A stretch of DNA of 64,000 nt from Actinomycetes bacterium (GCA_024641635.1 JAHECS010000013.1:9482-73481), one strand, 5' to 3'; counted from the stretch's first letter, positions 20,353 to 29,254 are shown. The notes: generated by a model from the letters alone, not told the origin. Translations and numbers: made by a program.

Positions 20353-20712
20353 TCACGCGTCGAGGTGGTGTGCGGCGCGCTCGCCGATGTCAGGCACGGT
20401 GATGTCATCGTCGTGCGACCTGGCGACGACGTAGGTGGAGTCCTCGAGGAACTTCACGCTGTAGTACCCGCCGGGGGCGGCATACGTTCCCGCGTCGCCC
20501 GCGCCGAGGACCGCATCGTCGATCTGGATGCGCCCGCTGACGACGTAGGTGACGCAGCCCTTGCTGTAGCCGTGGGCCGGCACGACGTCGCCGGCCCTGC
20601 CGTGCACGACGGTGAGCATCGCCCCGCTGGTGTGCAGGCGGGTCACCTCGGAACCGAGGACGTTCCTCTCCCACTGCAGGGCTTCGCGCGGGACGGGGGT
20701 GAACGCGGACAT
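20353..20712 (-). CDS. Cupin domain protein
   Basis: 119-aa small beta-barrel pattern (..HTSGAMLTVVHGRAGDVVPAHGY..YVVSG..). Confidence 0.55.
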   Translation of the reverse strand: MSAFTPVPREALQWERNVLGSEVTRLHTSGAMLTVVHGRAGDVVPAHGYSKGCVTYVVSGRIQIDDAVLGAGDAGTYAAPGGYYSVKFLEDSTYVVARSHDDDITVPDIGERAAHHLDA

Positions 20713-20730
20713 GGGATCTCCTCGTGCTGG

Positions 20731-21366
20731 TCAGTCGATACGAACGGTGCCGTGCGGCGTGCGGAACCAGACTGCCACAAGACCCGGGTCCTCGGCCTCG
20801 ACCCACGTGACCTCGATGCCGTCGAGCGGGACCGTGTGGCCCGTGCCGAGCCACGTGGCGATCGCCTCAGGATCCCCGCTCATCTCCAGGCGTTCGATCG
20901 CGACGTCCGCACCGCCTGCCGACGGATGCTCGGTGTTCGCACACGACCACTCGACGAAGAACGGCAGCTGGGCGTCGGTCATGACGTCGAGGACGCCGAT
21001 CTGCTTCCAGCACAGCTCCACGCCGTCGGGGCGGATGCGGTGCCCGTTTCTGGCGGGTCGTCCGAGCCGCTGCTCGACGGGGCGGATGTCGGACACCGAC
21101 ACGACCCAGCTCATCCACCCACCGCCATCCTCTGCGGCCCGACGCACGGCCTGACCGAAGGGGGCCTTGTCGGCAGCAGGGTGGTCGAGCGCGGAGACGA
21201 CCTCGATGTAGCAGCCGTTCGCGAGGGGGAGGATGAAGTTGCGGGTGCCGAAGGAGGGATGCCGACCGCCATCGACGAAGGTCGCACCGACATCGCTGCC
21301 GATCCGCTGAACGACATCGGCGAGCTCGGACGTGGTGCACGCATACGAGATGTGGTCCAGCCGCAT
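20731..21366 (-). CDS. VOC/glyoxalase-like domain protein
   Basis: MRLDHISYA.. start and ..FFVEW.. pattern typical of glyoxalase-like (VOC) proteins. Confidence 0.6.
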   Translation of the reverse strand: MRLDHISYACTTSELADVVQRIGSDVGATFVDGGRHPSFGTRNFILPLANGCYIEVVSALDHPAADKAPFGQAVRRAAEDGGGWMSWVVSVSDIRPVEQRLGRPARNGHRIRPDGVELCWKQIGVLDVMTDAQLPFFVEWSCANTEHPSAGGADVAIERLEMSGDPEAIATWLGTGHTVPLDGIEVTWVEAEDPGLVAVWFRTPHGTVRID

Positions 21367-21443
21367 AGTGGCATCCTGCCCAATGCCCGATCGGCCCCGA
21401 CAGGGACCCCCCGATTCGGTGTGGATGTGGCAGGCTCCTCGCC

Positions 21444-22538
21444 ATGACGGAACCGACCGCGCCGATCACGGCCAAGCTCGATAAGAAGAAGTCGATCATC
21501 CTCGGCGTGATCGGGCTGGTCGTGATCGTCCTGATCTTCTGGAAGGTCATCCCGCAGATCGGCGACTACGCATCGGCCGCGGAGGCCCTGCAGTCCATGG
21601 GCGTCGCCGCGATGATCCTCGTCGGGGTGACCGTCGTCATCTACCTGATCGCCTACGGCTTCCCGTTCAAGACCGCGACCCCCGGTCTCGGCTACTGGCC
21701 GTCCCAGCAGGTCAACCAGGCCGCATTCGCGATCAGCAACGGTGTCCCCGCCGGCGGTGCGTTCGGCCTCGCGGTGCAATACGCCATGCTGGCGACCTAC
21801 CGGATCCCCGGAACGGTGGCCACCTCCGCCATCACCGCGGTCGGCCTCTGGAGCATCTTCGTCAGCCTCGGGCTCCCGATCCTCGGCGTCATCGCCCTCA
21901 GCCTGTCGGGTGGCGACATCGAGTACGGATGGGCGGCCGCCCTCGGCCTCGTCATCCTCGTCGTCGGCATCGTCGTCTTCGTGCTGGTCATGCGCTCCGA
22001 GACGCTCGCGCTCAAGGTGGGCCATCTCGGCAACAAGGTCCTCGGTCCGCTGCGCCCGAGGATCGCGGCGCTGAAGGACGTCGACGCGGTCGAGCCGATC
22101 ACGAAGTTCCGTCGTGACATGTACGGCCTGCTGAAGCGCCGGTGGGCACTCATCACCGTGGCGCAGCTGTCGGTGATCATGACCCAGTTCCTCATCCTCT
22201 ACGTCGCGCTTCGCGGGGTCGAGGGCTGGGACGAGGCGGGCACGTCAGTCCTCGGCGCCTTCGGGGCCTTCGCCACGAGCCAGATCATGCTCATGATCCC
22301 GATCACCCCGGGCGGTCTCGGCACGGTGGACGCGCTGATGATCACGCTGCTGCAGAGCGTCGGGACGAGCGCAGGCGACGCCACCGCCGCCGACCTCGTG
22401 TGGCGCGCGGCCTCGTACGTGCCGCAGATCGTCATCGGCATCATCGCCCTCGTGACCTGGTTCCGGAAGGCCGGGCAGACGTTCGCCGTCACGGAGGACC
22501 CGGCTCCAGGTACAGGCGGGGAGCCGGCCACCGGCTGA
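21444..22538 (+). CDS. Flippase-like / lysylphosphatidylglycerol-synthase TM-region (UPF0104) membrane protein
   Basis: About 8 TM helices. Conserved ..ITPGGLGTVDA.. loop near the C-terminus. Confidence 0.65.
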   Translation: MTEPTAPITAKLDKKKSIILGVIGLVVIVLIFWKVIPQIGDYASAAEALQSMGVAAMILVGVTVVIYLIAYGFPFKTATPGLGYWPSQQVNQAAFAISNGVPAGGAFGLAVQYAMLATYRIPGTVATSAITAVGLWSIFVSLGLPILGVIALSLSGGDIEYGWAAALGLVILVVGIVVFVLVMRSETLALKVGHLGNKVLGPLRPRIAALKDVDAVEPITKFRRDMYGLLKRRWALITVAQLSVIMTQFLILYVALRGVEGWDEAGTSVLGAFGAFATSQIMLMIPITPGGLGTVDALMITLLQSVGTSAGDATAADLVWRAASYVPQIVIGIIALVTWFRKAGQTFAVTEDPAPGTGGEPATG

Positions 22539-22592
22539 CCCGACCGGCGTGTCGGTGCGCGACCGGAAGAGCCCCCGGCCTAGGGTGATCAC

Positions 22593-22634
22593 GACCTGGT
22601 CGTCGCGGGAGGGGAAGCCTTCGACGACCAGGTC
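22593..22634 (+). terminator. Perfect 13-bp stem hairpin downstream of the UPF0104 gene
   Basis: GACCTGGTCGTCG (22593-22605) pairs with CGACGACCAGGTC (22622-22634), with a 16-nt loop. A weak T-containing tail (tctgtcgtcc) follows. Confidence 0.35.
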
Positions 22635-22664
22635 TCTGTCGTCCGGGGAGGGGTTTCCTATCCT

Positions 22665-23504
22665 GTGGCCGTGCCTCGCCCCCAGCTGACCAGCCGCCCC
22701 GAGCCGCGGCCCTGGCGTCGCTTCGTGGCCCTCGGTGACAGCTTCACCGAGGGACTCATGGACGAGGTCGGTCCTGATGGGCGGCATCGCGGCTGGGCGG
22801 ACCGCGTGGCCCAGGCCCTCGCCGAACGCTCGGTCGACGGGATCGACTACGCCAACCTTGCCGTCCGTGGGCGACTCGTCCGCCCGGTCGTGGCCGAGCA
22901 GGTGCCCACGGCGGTGGCGCTGCGACCGGACCTGGCCAGCCTTGCCGTCGGCGTGAACGACACCCTTCGCCCGCACTTCGACCTCGACCCCATCGCCACG
23001 GCGATGGAGAACGGTGTGCGGGATCTGCGGGCCGCCGGCTCGGACGTCCTGCTGTTCGCCTTCGGCGATCCCGCTCGACGTTCGAGGGCGATGGCGCCCG
23101 TTCGCGAGCGGATCCGTTCGTTCAACTCCGCCGTCCTGTCCATCGCGGAGCACTATGACTGCTACCTCGTCAGCTTCTGGGAGGTGGCCGCGTACGACGA
23201 CGACCGGCTCTGGGACGAGGACCGACTGCATCTGTCTCCCGCGGGCCATGAGCTGGCCGCTGCCACCGCGCTCGAGGCGCTGGGGCTCGGCCCGGCGGAC
23301 TGGCGGACCCCTGCTGTGCCGGGGCCGCGCCCGTCGCTCGCGACTCGGGGGCGGCAGCACGCGCGATGGGCCAACCGCCATCTGGCGCCGTGGGTTGTCC
23401 GCAGGATGAAGGGGGAGTCGTCGGGCGACACCGTGACGGCGAAGTTCGCGGACTGGATCCATCTCCCGCCATCCGGAGTTGCCCCTCCGGAAAACACGAA
23501 ATAG
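22665..23504 (+). CDS. SGNH/GDSL hydrolase family protein
   Basis: Block I VALGDSFTEG, block III GVND, and block V D..HLSP. GTG start. Confidence 0.8.
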   Translation: MAVPRPQLTSRPEPRPWRRFVALGDSFTEGLMDEVGPDGRHRGWADRVAQALAERSVDGIDYANLAVRGRLVRPVVAEQVPTAVALRPDLASLAVGVNDTLRPHFDLDPIATAMENGVRDLRAAGSDVLLFAFGDPARRSRAMAPVRERIRSFNSAVLSIAEHYDCYLVSFWEVAAYDDDRLWDEDRLHLSPAGHELAAATALEALGLGPADWRTPAVPGPRPSLATRGRQHARWANRHLAPWVVRRMKGESSGDTVTAKFADWIHLPPSGVAPPENTK

Positions 23505-23532
23505 ACTACATCTATTGACCTGAGGAGGACCC

Positions 23533-24039
23533 ATGCCCGAGACCCGTACGCACGCCGATAGGCCAGGCGAGAGGGCCGGACGCCCGCAGCTGACCCGTGA
23601 GGGGTACGCCAAGCTCGCGGACCGCGTGGTGGACATCCGCGATCGCCGGCTGTCGGACATCCGTCCGCTGCTCGTGGAGAGCGAGCGGGACGAGCGGGTG
23701 GTGGCCGAGTTCGAGCGCCTGCTGCAGGAGGCGACGGGAATCGAGTCACTCCTGGCGCAGGCGGAGATCATCGGCATCGATCCGGTCGCGGTCGATGGCC
23801 GGGTGGATCTCGGCATGCGTGTGCAGGTCGTCCTCGAGGATGACAAGGCCGAGTGGGTCCGTCCGGTGCATCCGGACGAGGCGTTCCTCGACGACGAGCG
23901 CATCTCCGCTACGTCGCCGCTCGCCATTGCCCTCGTGGGCGCACGCAAGGGCCACACCGTGTGGGTGGATGCCCCGACGGGCGCCTGGCCCTGCCAGGTG
24001 CTCGACGTGGCTCTCGACGGCGTCGAGCTCGAGGGCTAG
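23533..24039 (+). CDS. GreA/GreB-family elongation-factor-like protein
   Basis: SD GAGGAGG upstream. The C-terminal GreA/B FKBP-like domain pattern is ..ISATSPLAIALVGARKGHTV... Confidence 0.7.
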   Translation: MPETRTHADRPGERAGRPQLTREGYAKLADRVVDIRDRRLSDIRPLLVESERDERVVAEFERLLQEATGIESLLAQAEIIGIDPVAVDGRVDLGMRVQVVLEDDKAEWVRPVHPDEAFLDDERISATSPLAIALVGARKGHTVWVDAPTGAWPCQVLDVALDGVELEG

Positions 24040-24041
24040 CG

Positions 24042-24332
24042 ATGCCGCGCTCGTCACCTGACGGGGGTGGCTGGACCTTCCTGTCCAACCACGGTCACGT
24101 GCTGGTCGCCCTCAGGGACGAGCCTGACTCCAGGCTGAGCGAGCTGGCGGCTCGGGTGGGCATCAGCCAACGTGCGGTCCAGCTCATCGTCCGGGACCTC
24201 GAGAAGGCCGGGTATGTCGTGCGCGAGCGGTGCGGGCGCCGCAACCACTACACGGTGACGGAGGGCCAACGCCTGAGGCACCCGGCCGAGAGGGAGTCGT
24301 CGGTGGACGACCTCCTGTCCGTCTTCGGCTGA
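24042..24332 (+). CDS. Small winged-helix (MarR/ArsR-like) transcriptional regulator
   Basis: Starts 2 nt after the upstream stop. HTH ..LSELAARVGISQRAVQLIVRDLEKAGYV.. Confidence 0.6.
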   Translation: MPRSSPDGGGWTFLSNHGHVLVALRDEPDSRLSELAARVGISQRAVQLIVRDLEKAGYVVRERCGRRNHYTVTEGQRLRHPAERESSVDDLLSVFG

Positions 24333-24442
24333 CGGCGCGGCCCGGCCCCGCCTGTCCCCACGTCCGCGGCTCGCTGGGCGGTCCTCCACACGCGCGTCCA
24401 CGGTCGTGGCAGTGGACCGGGCGCCGCATGAGGGTCTGCTCC

Positions 24443-25480
24443 ATGACCACCGCCCCCGGACTCCTGTCCCTGCGCAGCCCCAGTGCCCTCGTGGCCGCCC
24501 TCCCGTACCTGCTGGGCTTCCACCCGGCCGACAGCGCGGTCCTCGTGTGGGTGAGCCAGGGCCGCATCCTGCTGACTCAGCGGATGGACCTGCCGGACAA
24601 GCCCGCACTCCTCCCGGCATGGGTCGAGGTCGCATTCGGCCACGACGGTGCACGCCAGGCCGACAGCGTCGTCGTCGCCATGGTGACCGACGATCCTCCC
24701 GTCGCCGCGGTCGTCGACGCACTCCTCGTGCGTGCGGACCACGCCGGCATCGAGGTCCGTGACGTGCTGCACGTACGCGAGGACCGCTGGCGCAGCCTGC
24801 TCTGCGCCGACCCGTCGTGCTGTCCGCGCGAGGGGCGCGCCGTACCACTCTCGACCAGTGACGCCGTGGCGGCCGAGTTCGCGCTCGAGGGTTTCGCGCC
24901 GCTCGCCGCGCGTGGGGACGTCGAGGCCTCGTTCGACGCCGACGAGGAGGCCGTCAGGCTCGTGACGGAGGTGCCGCTCCCACACGTTCACGACCGCGAC
25001 CGCGAGGCGTGGCGCGACGCGCGCGTCTCGCAGACCCTGTCCCTGCTCGTGGACGATCCCGGTCCGTCGTCGGACGCACGGGTGGCGGCCCTCGTCCTGT
25101 CGGGTCTGGCCGACATCCGGGTCAGGGACACCGTGCTCTGGGAGCTCGCGCGTTGGCCGGACGCCACGCTCGCCAGTGCGCTGGGCCGTCTCGTGGACCT
25201 GGTCCGCGCCGCCCCCGCCGGCAGGGTCGCCCCGGTCGCCGCGGTCACGGCGGTCGTCGCGTGGCTGCTCGGCGACGGAGCCCGCGCAGGAATCTCCCTG
25301 CAGCGGGCGCTGGCCGATGATGCGGCGTACTCCCTCGCCGGGCTGCTGGCCGCATCACTGCAGGCGGGACTCGCGCCGGGCCATTGGCGCGCGTCCATGG
25401 CCGAGCTGACGCGTGACGAATGCCGTCACGGAGCCCGGCCCGCCCGTGGGGGGCGGCCCGGTGAGCCGTCCGTGGGGTGA
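24443..25480 (+). CDS. DUF4192 family protein
   Basis: N-terminal ..SPSALVAALPYLLGFHPADSAVLVW.. is characteristic of the actinobacterial DUF4192 family. An alternative start is at 24428. Confidence 0.65.
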   Translation: MTTAPGLLSLRSPSALVAALPYLLGFHPADSAVLVWVSQGRILLTQRMDLPDKPALLPAWVEVAFGHDGARQADSVVVAMVTDDPPVAAVVDALLVRADHAGIEVRDVLHVREDRWRSLLCADPSCCPREGRAVPLSTSDAVAAEFALEGFAPLAARGDVEASFDADEEAVRLVTEVPLPHVHDRDREAWRDARVSQTLSLLVDDPGPSSDARVAALVLSGLADIRVRDTVLWELARWPDATLASALGRLVDLVRAAPAGRVAPVAAVTAVVAWLLGDGARAGISLQRALADDAAYSLAGLLAASLQAGLAPGHWRASMAELTRDECRHGARPARGGRPGEPSVG

Positions 25481-25481
25481 C

Positions 25482-25511
25482 TTGTCGGAGGTCGGCCCTC
25501 ACCGCTATATT
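25482..25511 (+). promoter_or_regulatory. Candidate promoter of the metY-metX leader
   Basis: TTGTCG (25482-25487) - N18 - TATATT (25506-25511). This places a TSS about 7 nt downstream, right at the first G of the SAM-IV aptamer. Confidence 0.4.
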
Positions 25512-25518
25512 CCCCGCA

Positions 25519-25624
25519 GGTCAAGAGTTCCAGTGCATAGCTCCGGCTTGCTGGACGGCAACCCTCCACCGCGGTGGGGTGCTCCGGATGAAGACCTGGC
25601 CCGGAAACCGGGCAAGCGCGGGTC
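25519..25624 (+). promoter_or_regulatory. SAM-IV riboswitch aptamer
   Basis: GGUCAAGAGUUCCAGUGCAUAGCUCCGGCUUGCUGGACGGCAACCCUCCACCGCGGUGGGGUGCUCCGGAUGAAGACC..GGCAAGCGCGGGUC. It aligns nearly base for base with the mycobacterial SAM-IV sequence I recall. It sits upstream of metY/metX, the usual context. Confidence 0.85.
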
Positions 25625-25664
25625 TTGCACAGGGCAGGACCCCGGAGAGTGTGCGAGGTCTGAC

Positions 25665-25697
25665 ATGTGCTGTTGTTGTCGAATGACCCGGCGCTGA
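25665..25697 (+). CDS. Polycysteine leader peptide uORF (MCCCCRMTRR)
   Basis: ATG TGC TGT TGT TGT CGA ATG ACC CGG CGC TGA. GAGG (25655-25658) lies 6 nt upstream. It sits between the SAM-IV aptamer and metY. Confidence 0.5.
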   Translation: MCCCCRMTRR

Positions 25698-25849
25698 CGT
25701 TCGCCGTCGAGAGGCGGCCGTCGGCGCTCCGGCACCGGTAATCCCCGTGCCTGTCGCCCTGCGGGGGCGACGCATTGATCCCAGCCCCACCATCCAGCTC
25801 CACCATCCAGCGCCCGTTGCGGCGCACCCGAACTGACAGAGGAGTCCCC

Positions 25850-27166
25850 ATGAGCACCGCCTGGTCCTTCGAGACGAAGCAGATCCACGCCGGCCAGTCG
25901 CCGGACGGCACCACCAACGCGCGAGCACTGCCGATCTACCAGACGACGTCGTACACCTTCAATGACACGACGCACGCCGCCAACCTGTTCGGGCTCAAGG
26001 AGCTCGGCAACATCTACACCCGGATCATGAACCCCACGCAGGCAGTGGTCGAGGACCGGATCGCCGCGCTCGAGGGCGGGGTCGCGGGTCTCCTGGTGGC
26101 CAGTGGCCAGGCCGCGGAGACGCTCGCCATCCTGAACATCGCCGAGGCGGGGGACCACATCGTCTCCAGCCCGAGCCTCTACGGCGGCACCTACAACCTG
26201 TTCCACTACACGCTGCCGAAGCTGGGCATCGAGTGCTCGTTCGTCGACAACCCCGACGACCCCGAGTCCTGGCGCGCCGCCGTGCGACCCAACACCAAGC
26301 TGTTCTTCGGCGAGTCGATCGCCAACCCGCGCAACGACCTGCTCGACATCGAGGCGGTCGCGACGGTGGCGCACGAGGTGGGCGTGCCGCTGATCGTGGA
26401 CAACACGGTGGCCACCCCGTACCTCATCCGGCCGCTCGAGTGGGGCGCCGACATCGTCGTCCACTCCGCGACCAAGTACCTCGGAGGGCATGGCACAGCG
26501 GTGGCCGGCGCGATCGTCGACGGTGGGACCTTCGACTATGCCCAGTACCCGGAGCGGTACCCGAACTACAACGAGCCCGATCCCAGCTACCACGGACTCG
26601 TGTACGCCCGGGACCTGGGCGTCGGGTCGGCGTTCGGGGCCAACCTGTCGTTCATCCTCAAGGCCCGGGTCCAGCTCCTGCGCGATCTTGGTGCTGCGGT
26701 GTCGCCGTTCAACGCCTTCCTCATCGCCCAGGGCATCGAGACGCTCTCGCTGCGAATCGAGCGGCACGTCCAGAACGCCAAGGCGGTCGCCGACTTCCTG
26801 GTCGGGCGCGAGGAGGTCGAGTCGGTCAACTACTCGGGACTCGCCTCGAGCCCGTGGTACGAGCTCGGCCGCAAGTACGCGCCTCTCGGGACCGGGGCGG
26901 TCCTCAGCTTCGAGATCGTCGGCGGTGTCGACGCCGGACGTGCCTTCGTCGAGGCCCTCGAGCTGCACAGCCACGTGGCGAACATCGGAGACGTGCGCAG
27001 CCTCGTCATCCATCCCGCCTCGACCACGCACTCCCAGCTCTCCCCCGAGGAGCAGGCAGCGGCGGGAGTGACCCCGGGGCTGGTGCGCCTCGCTGTGGGC
27101 ATCGAGAGCATCGACGACATCCTCGCCGACCTCGACGCGGGTTTCCGGGCCGCCAAGCAGGGCTGA
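25850..27166 (+). CDS. metY: O-acetylhomoserine aminocarboxypropyltransferase (sulfhydrylase)
   Basis: SD GAGGAG upstream. ..ETKQIHAGQ..YQTTSY..HSATKYLGGHG.. (PLP-lysine motif). Confidence 0.9.
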   Translation: MSTAWSFETKQIHAGQSPDGTTNARALPIYQTTSYTFNDTTHAANLFGLKELGNIYTRIMNPTQAVVEDRIAALEGGVAGLLVASGQAAETLAILNIAEAGDHIVSSPSLYGGTYNLFHYTLPKLGIECSFVDNPDDPESWRAAVRPNTKLFFGESIANPRNDLLDIEAVATVAHEVGVPLIVDNTVATPYLIRPLEWGADIVVHSATKYLGGHGTAVAGAIVDGGTFDYAQYPERYPNYNEPDPSYHGLVYARDLGVGSAFGANLSFILKARVQLLRDLGAAVSPFNAFLIAQGIETLSLRIERHVQNAKAVADFLVGREEVESVNYSGLASSPWYELGRKYAPLGTGAVLSFEIVGGVDAGRAFVEALELHSHVANIGDVRSLVIHPASTTHSQLSPEEQAAAGVTPGLVRLAVGIESIDDILADLDAGFRAAKQG

Positions 27167-27168
27167 TC

Positions 27169-28341
27169 GTGGCCGACTACGGGCCGCTCTCCTACGAGGG
27201 TCTTCCTCCCGCCAGTTCCGCCTGGCGGGAGGGAGACCCCGTGGGCGAGCGGCACTTCGTCGACGTGGGGAACTTGACCACGGAACTGGGTGCAGCCATC
27301 CCCGACGTGCGGGTCGCGTACCAGACCTGGGGCAGGCTCAACGAGGACCGTTCGAACGCCGTCTACATCTGCCACGCCCTCACGGGAGACGCGCACGTGG
27401 CCGGTTCGGCCGGGCAGGGCCATGCGACCGACGGGTGGTGGCACGGACTCGTCGGCCCGGGCAGCGCCGTGGACACCGACGAGTGGTTCGTCGTCTGCGC
27501 CAACGTCCTCGGTGGCTGCCAGGGCACCACGGGACCGTCCTCGACCGCTCCCGACGGTCGGCCGTGGGGCAGTCGGTTCCCGGTGATCACGGTCGGCGAC
27601 ATGGTCGAGGTCGAGCACCGGCTGACCGATGTCCTCGGGATCGACTCATGGGCGCTCATGCTGGGGCCGTCGCTGGGGGGCATGCGCGTGCTCGAGTGGA
27701 TGGTCCGCTTCCCCGAGCGGGTTCGGGGCGGTCTCGTGCTGGGGTCCACCGCCGCCGTCACCGCCGATCAGATCGGCACGCACGCCACTCAGATCGCGGC
27801 CATCGAGGGCGATCCCGGATACCGCGGCGGCGACTACTACGACGCACGCGCCGGCGAGGGCCCCCATCGCGGCATGGGCCTGGCCCGCCGCATCGCGCAC
27901 CTCACCTACCGGTGCGAGACGGAGCTCGATCTCCGTTTCGGGCGTGATGCCCAGGACGGCGAGGATCCCTACGACGGTGGTCGGTTCGCCGTCGAGTCCT
28001 ACCTCGATCACCACGCCGACAAGCTCGCACGCCGTTTCGACGCCAACACCTACGTCGTGCTCACGCGCGCCATGAGCCTGTTCGATCTCGGCCGCGGCCG
28101 CGGCGGCGTGGCGGCCGCGCTCGGCGGCATCGACGCGCCCTTGACCGTGGTGGGCATCGACTCGGATCGCCTGTTCCCCGTTCGGCTCCAGCAGGAGATC
28201 GTCGAGCTGGCGCCCGGGGCGGACCGTCTGCACCTGCTCCTGTCGCCGTATGGGCACGACGGCTTCCTGGTCGAGGACGAGCAGGTGGGCGTCTTCGTGG
28301 CGCACGCCCTCCATCGGGTCCGCCGCAGCGATCCGCGCTGA
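27169..28341 (+). CDS. metX: Homoserine O-acetyltransferase
   Basis: GTG start 2 nt after the metY stop. ..NAVYICHALTGDAH..GPSLGGM.. (nucleophile elbow) ..GHDGFL.. Confidence 0.9.
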   Translation: MADYGPLSYEGLPPASSAWREGDPVGERHFVDVGNLTTELGAAIPDVRVAYQTWGRLNEDRSNAVYICHALTGDAHVAGSAGQGHATDGWWHGLVGPGSAVDTDEWFVVCANVLGGCQGTTGPSSTAPDGRPWGSRFPVITVGDMVEVEHRLTDVLGIDSWALMLGPSLGGMRVLEWMVRFPERVRGGLVLGSTAAVTADQIGTHATQIAAIEGDPGYRGGDYYDARAGEGPHRGMGLARRIAHLTYRCETELDLRFGRDAQDGEDPYDGGRFAVESYLDHHADKLARRFDANTYVVLTRAMSLFDLGRGRGGVAAALGGIDAPLTVVGIDSDRLFPVRLQQEIVELAPGADRLHLLLSPYGHDGFLVEDEQVGVFVAHALHRVRRSDPR

Positions 28342-28408
28342 TTCGCCGTTGTCCACAGGTCGCGTTCCGGACGCGCGAGGGCAGCGTTCGGCGTCGTAGC
28401 GTCGCGGG

Positions 28409-29254
28409 ATGAGTTCTCGGTCCCGTCTGCTGGCCACGGCGCTGGCGGCTGCGATCGCGCTCGGCTGGCCGCAGAGCTCGTGGGCGTCCCCGGAATCGAG
28501 GCCCGCTGCCGACGTGCACGGAGACGATCCCGGGGATCGCTACCTGGGGAGTGGGGGCCTGATCCTGCCGGGTTCGGTGCATCCGTCGGTTCGCCGAGAC
28601 GTGGCCGGGTGCGGTGACTGCGAGTGGCGCCTCACCTCTCCCTGCGTCGAATCGTCGCTCGGCACAGCGTTCGACGGGCAGCCCGGTTGCGCCAGCGTTG
28701 TCCGCGGGTGCCCGGGTGGCCAGTTGCTTCGCTCGTGGTTCCGGCCGGAGGGCGGCCCCTGGCGTCAGACCGGCCTCGTGTGCCTGACGGGCGAACCGGT
28801 GACGGTGACGGAACTCGGCGCGGCCGTCGCCGAGGAGGTCTCCCAGGGAATACCGACCCTCCGTGCGAGGTTCCAGCCCTCGCGTGGGCTCATCACCCAG
28901 GTCCCGGTCGTCTTCGACAGCGGGCAGCGGGCCGACGGGCTCACGTGGCACAGCGAGATTCTGGGCAAGCGGGTGACCGTGCGAGCGCGTCCCACCTGGA
29001 CGTGGCAGTTCGGTGACGGCGCGGTGATGTCGACCTCGGTGCCGGGCGGAGACTTCCCCGACATGTCGGTATCTCACGTGTATCGGCGGCCAGGCGGGTA
29101 CCGCGTGGTCTGCACGGCTCAGTGGGCGGCGACGTTCTCGGTGGACGGCCTTGGCCCGTACCCGGTGGAGGAGGCGATCCACCAGTCGGCCACGGCGTCA
29201 GTCGGGGTGGGGGAGGCCCGGGCGGTTCTCGTTGCGCCGGGCATGGCACAATGA
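28409..29254 (+). CDS. Secreted Cys-rich protein with C-terminal PKD-like domain
   Basis: Signal peptide (..ALGWPQSSWASP). PKD-type signature WQFGDG...HVYRRPGGYRVV. Confidence 0.55.
   Translation: MSSRSRLLATALAAAIALGWPQSSWASPESRPAADVHGDDPGDRYLGSGGLILPGSVHPSVRRDVAGCGDCEWRLTSPCVESSLGTAFDGQPGCASVVRGCPGGQLLRSWFRPEGGPWRQTGLVCLTGEPVTVTELGAAVAEEVSQGIPTLRARFQPSRGLITQVPVVFDSGQRADGLTWHSEILGKRVTVRARPTWTWQFGDGAVMSTSVPGGDFPDMSVSHVYRRPGGYRVVCTAQWAATFSVDGLGPYPVEEAIHQSATASVGVGEARAVLVAPGMAQ

Noticed and set aside
25413-25697. 94-aa ORF from the track that spans the riboswitch and ends in ..MCCCCRMTRR.
   Set aside because: It overlaps the DUF4192 3' end and the entire SAM-IV aptamer and has poor coding character. 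Only its last 10 codons, with their own SD and ATG, are plausible as a leader peptide.
25753-25771. Hairpin upstream of metY as a classical intrinsic terminator of a SAM-IV transcriptional switch.
   Set aside because: No U-tract follows (GCATTGATCC). I could not derive a convincing terminator/antiterminator pair with the aptamer by hand. It is kept only as part of a possible Rho/uORF mechanism.
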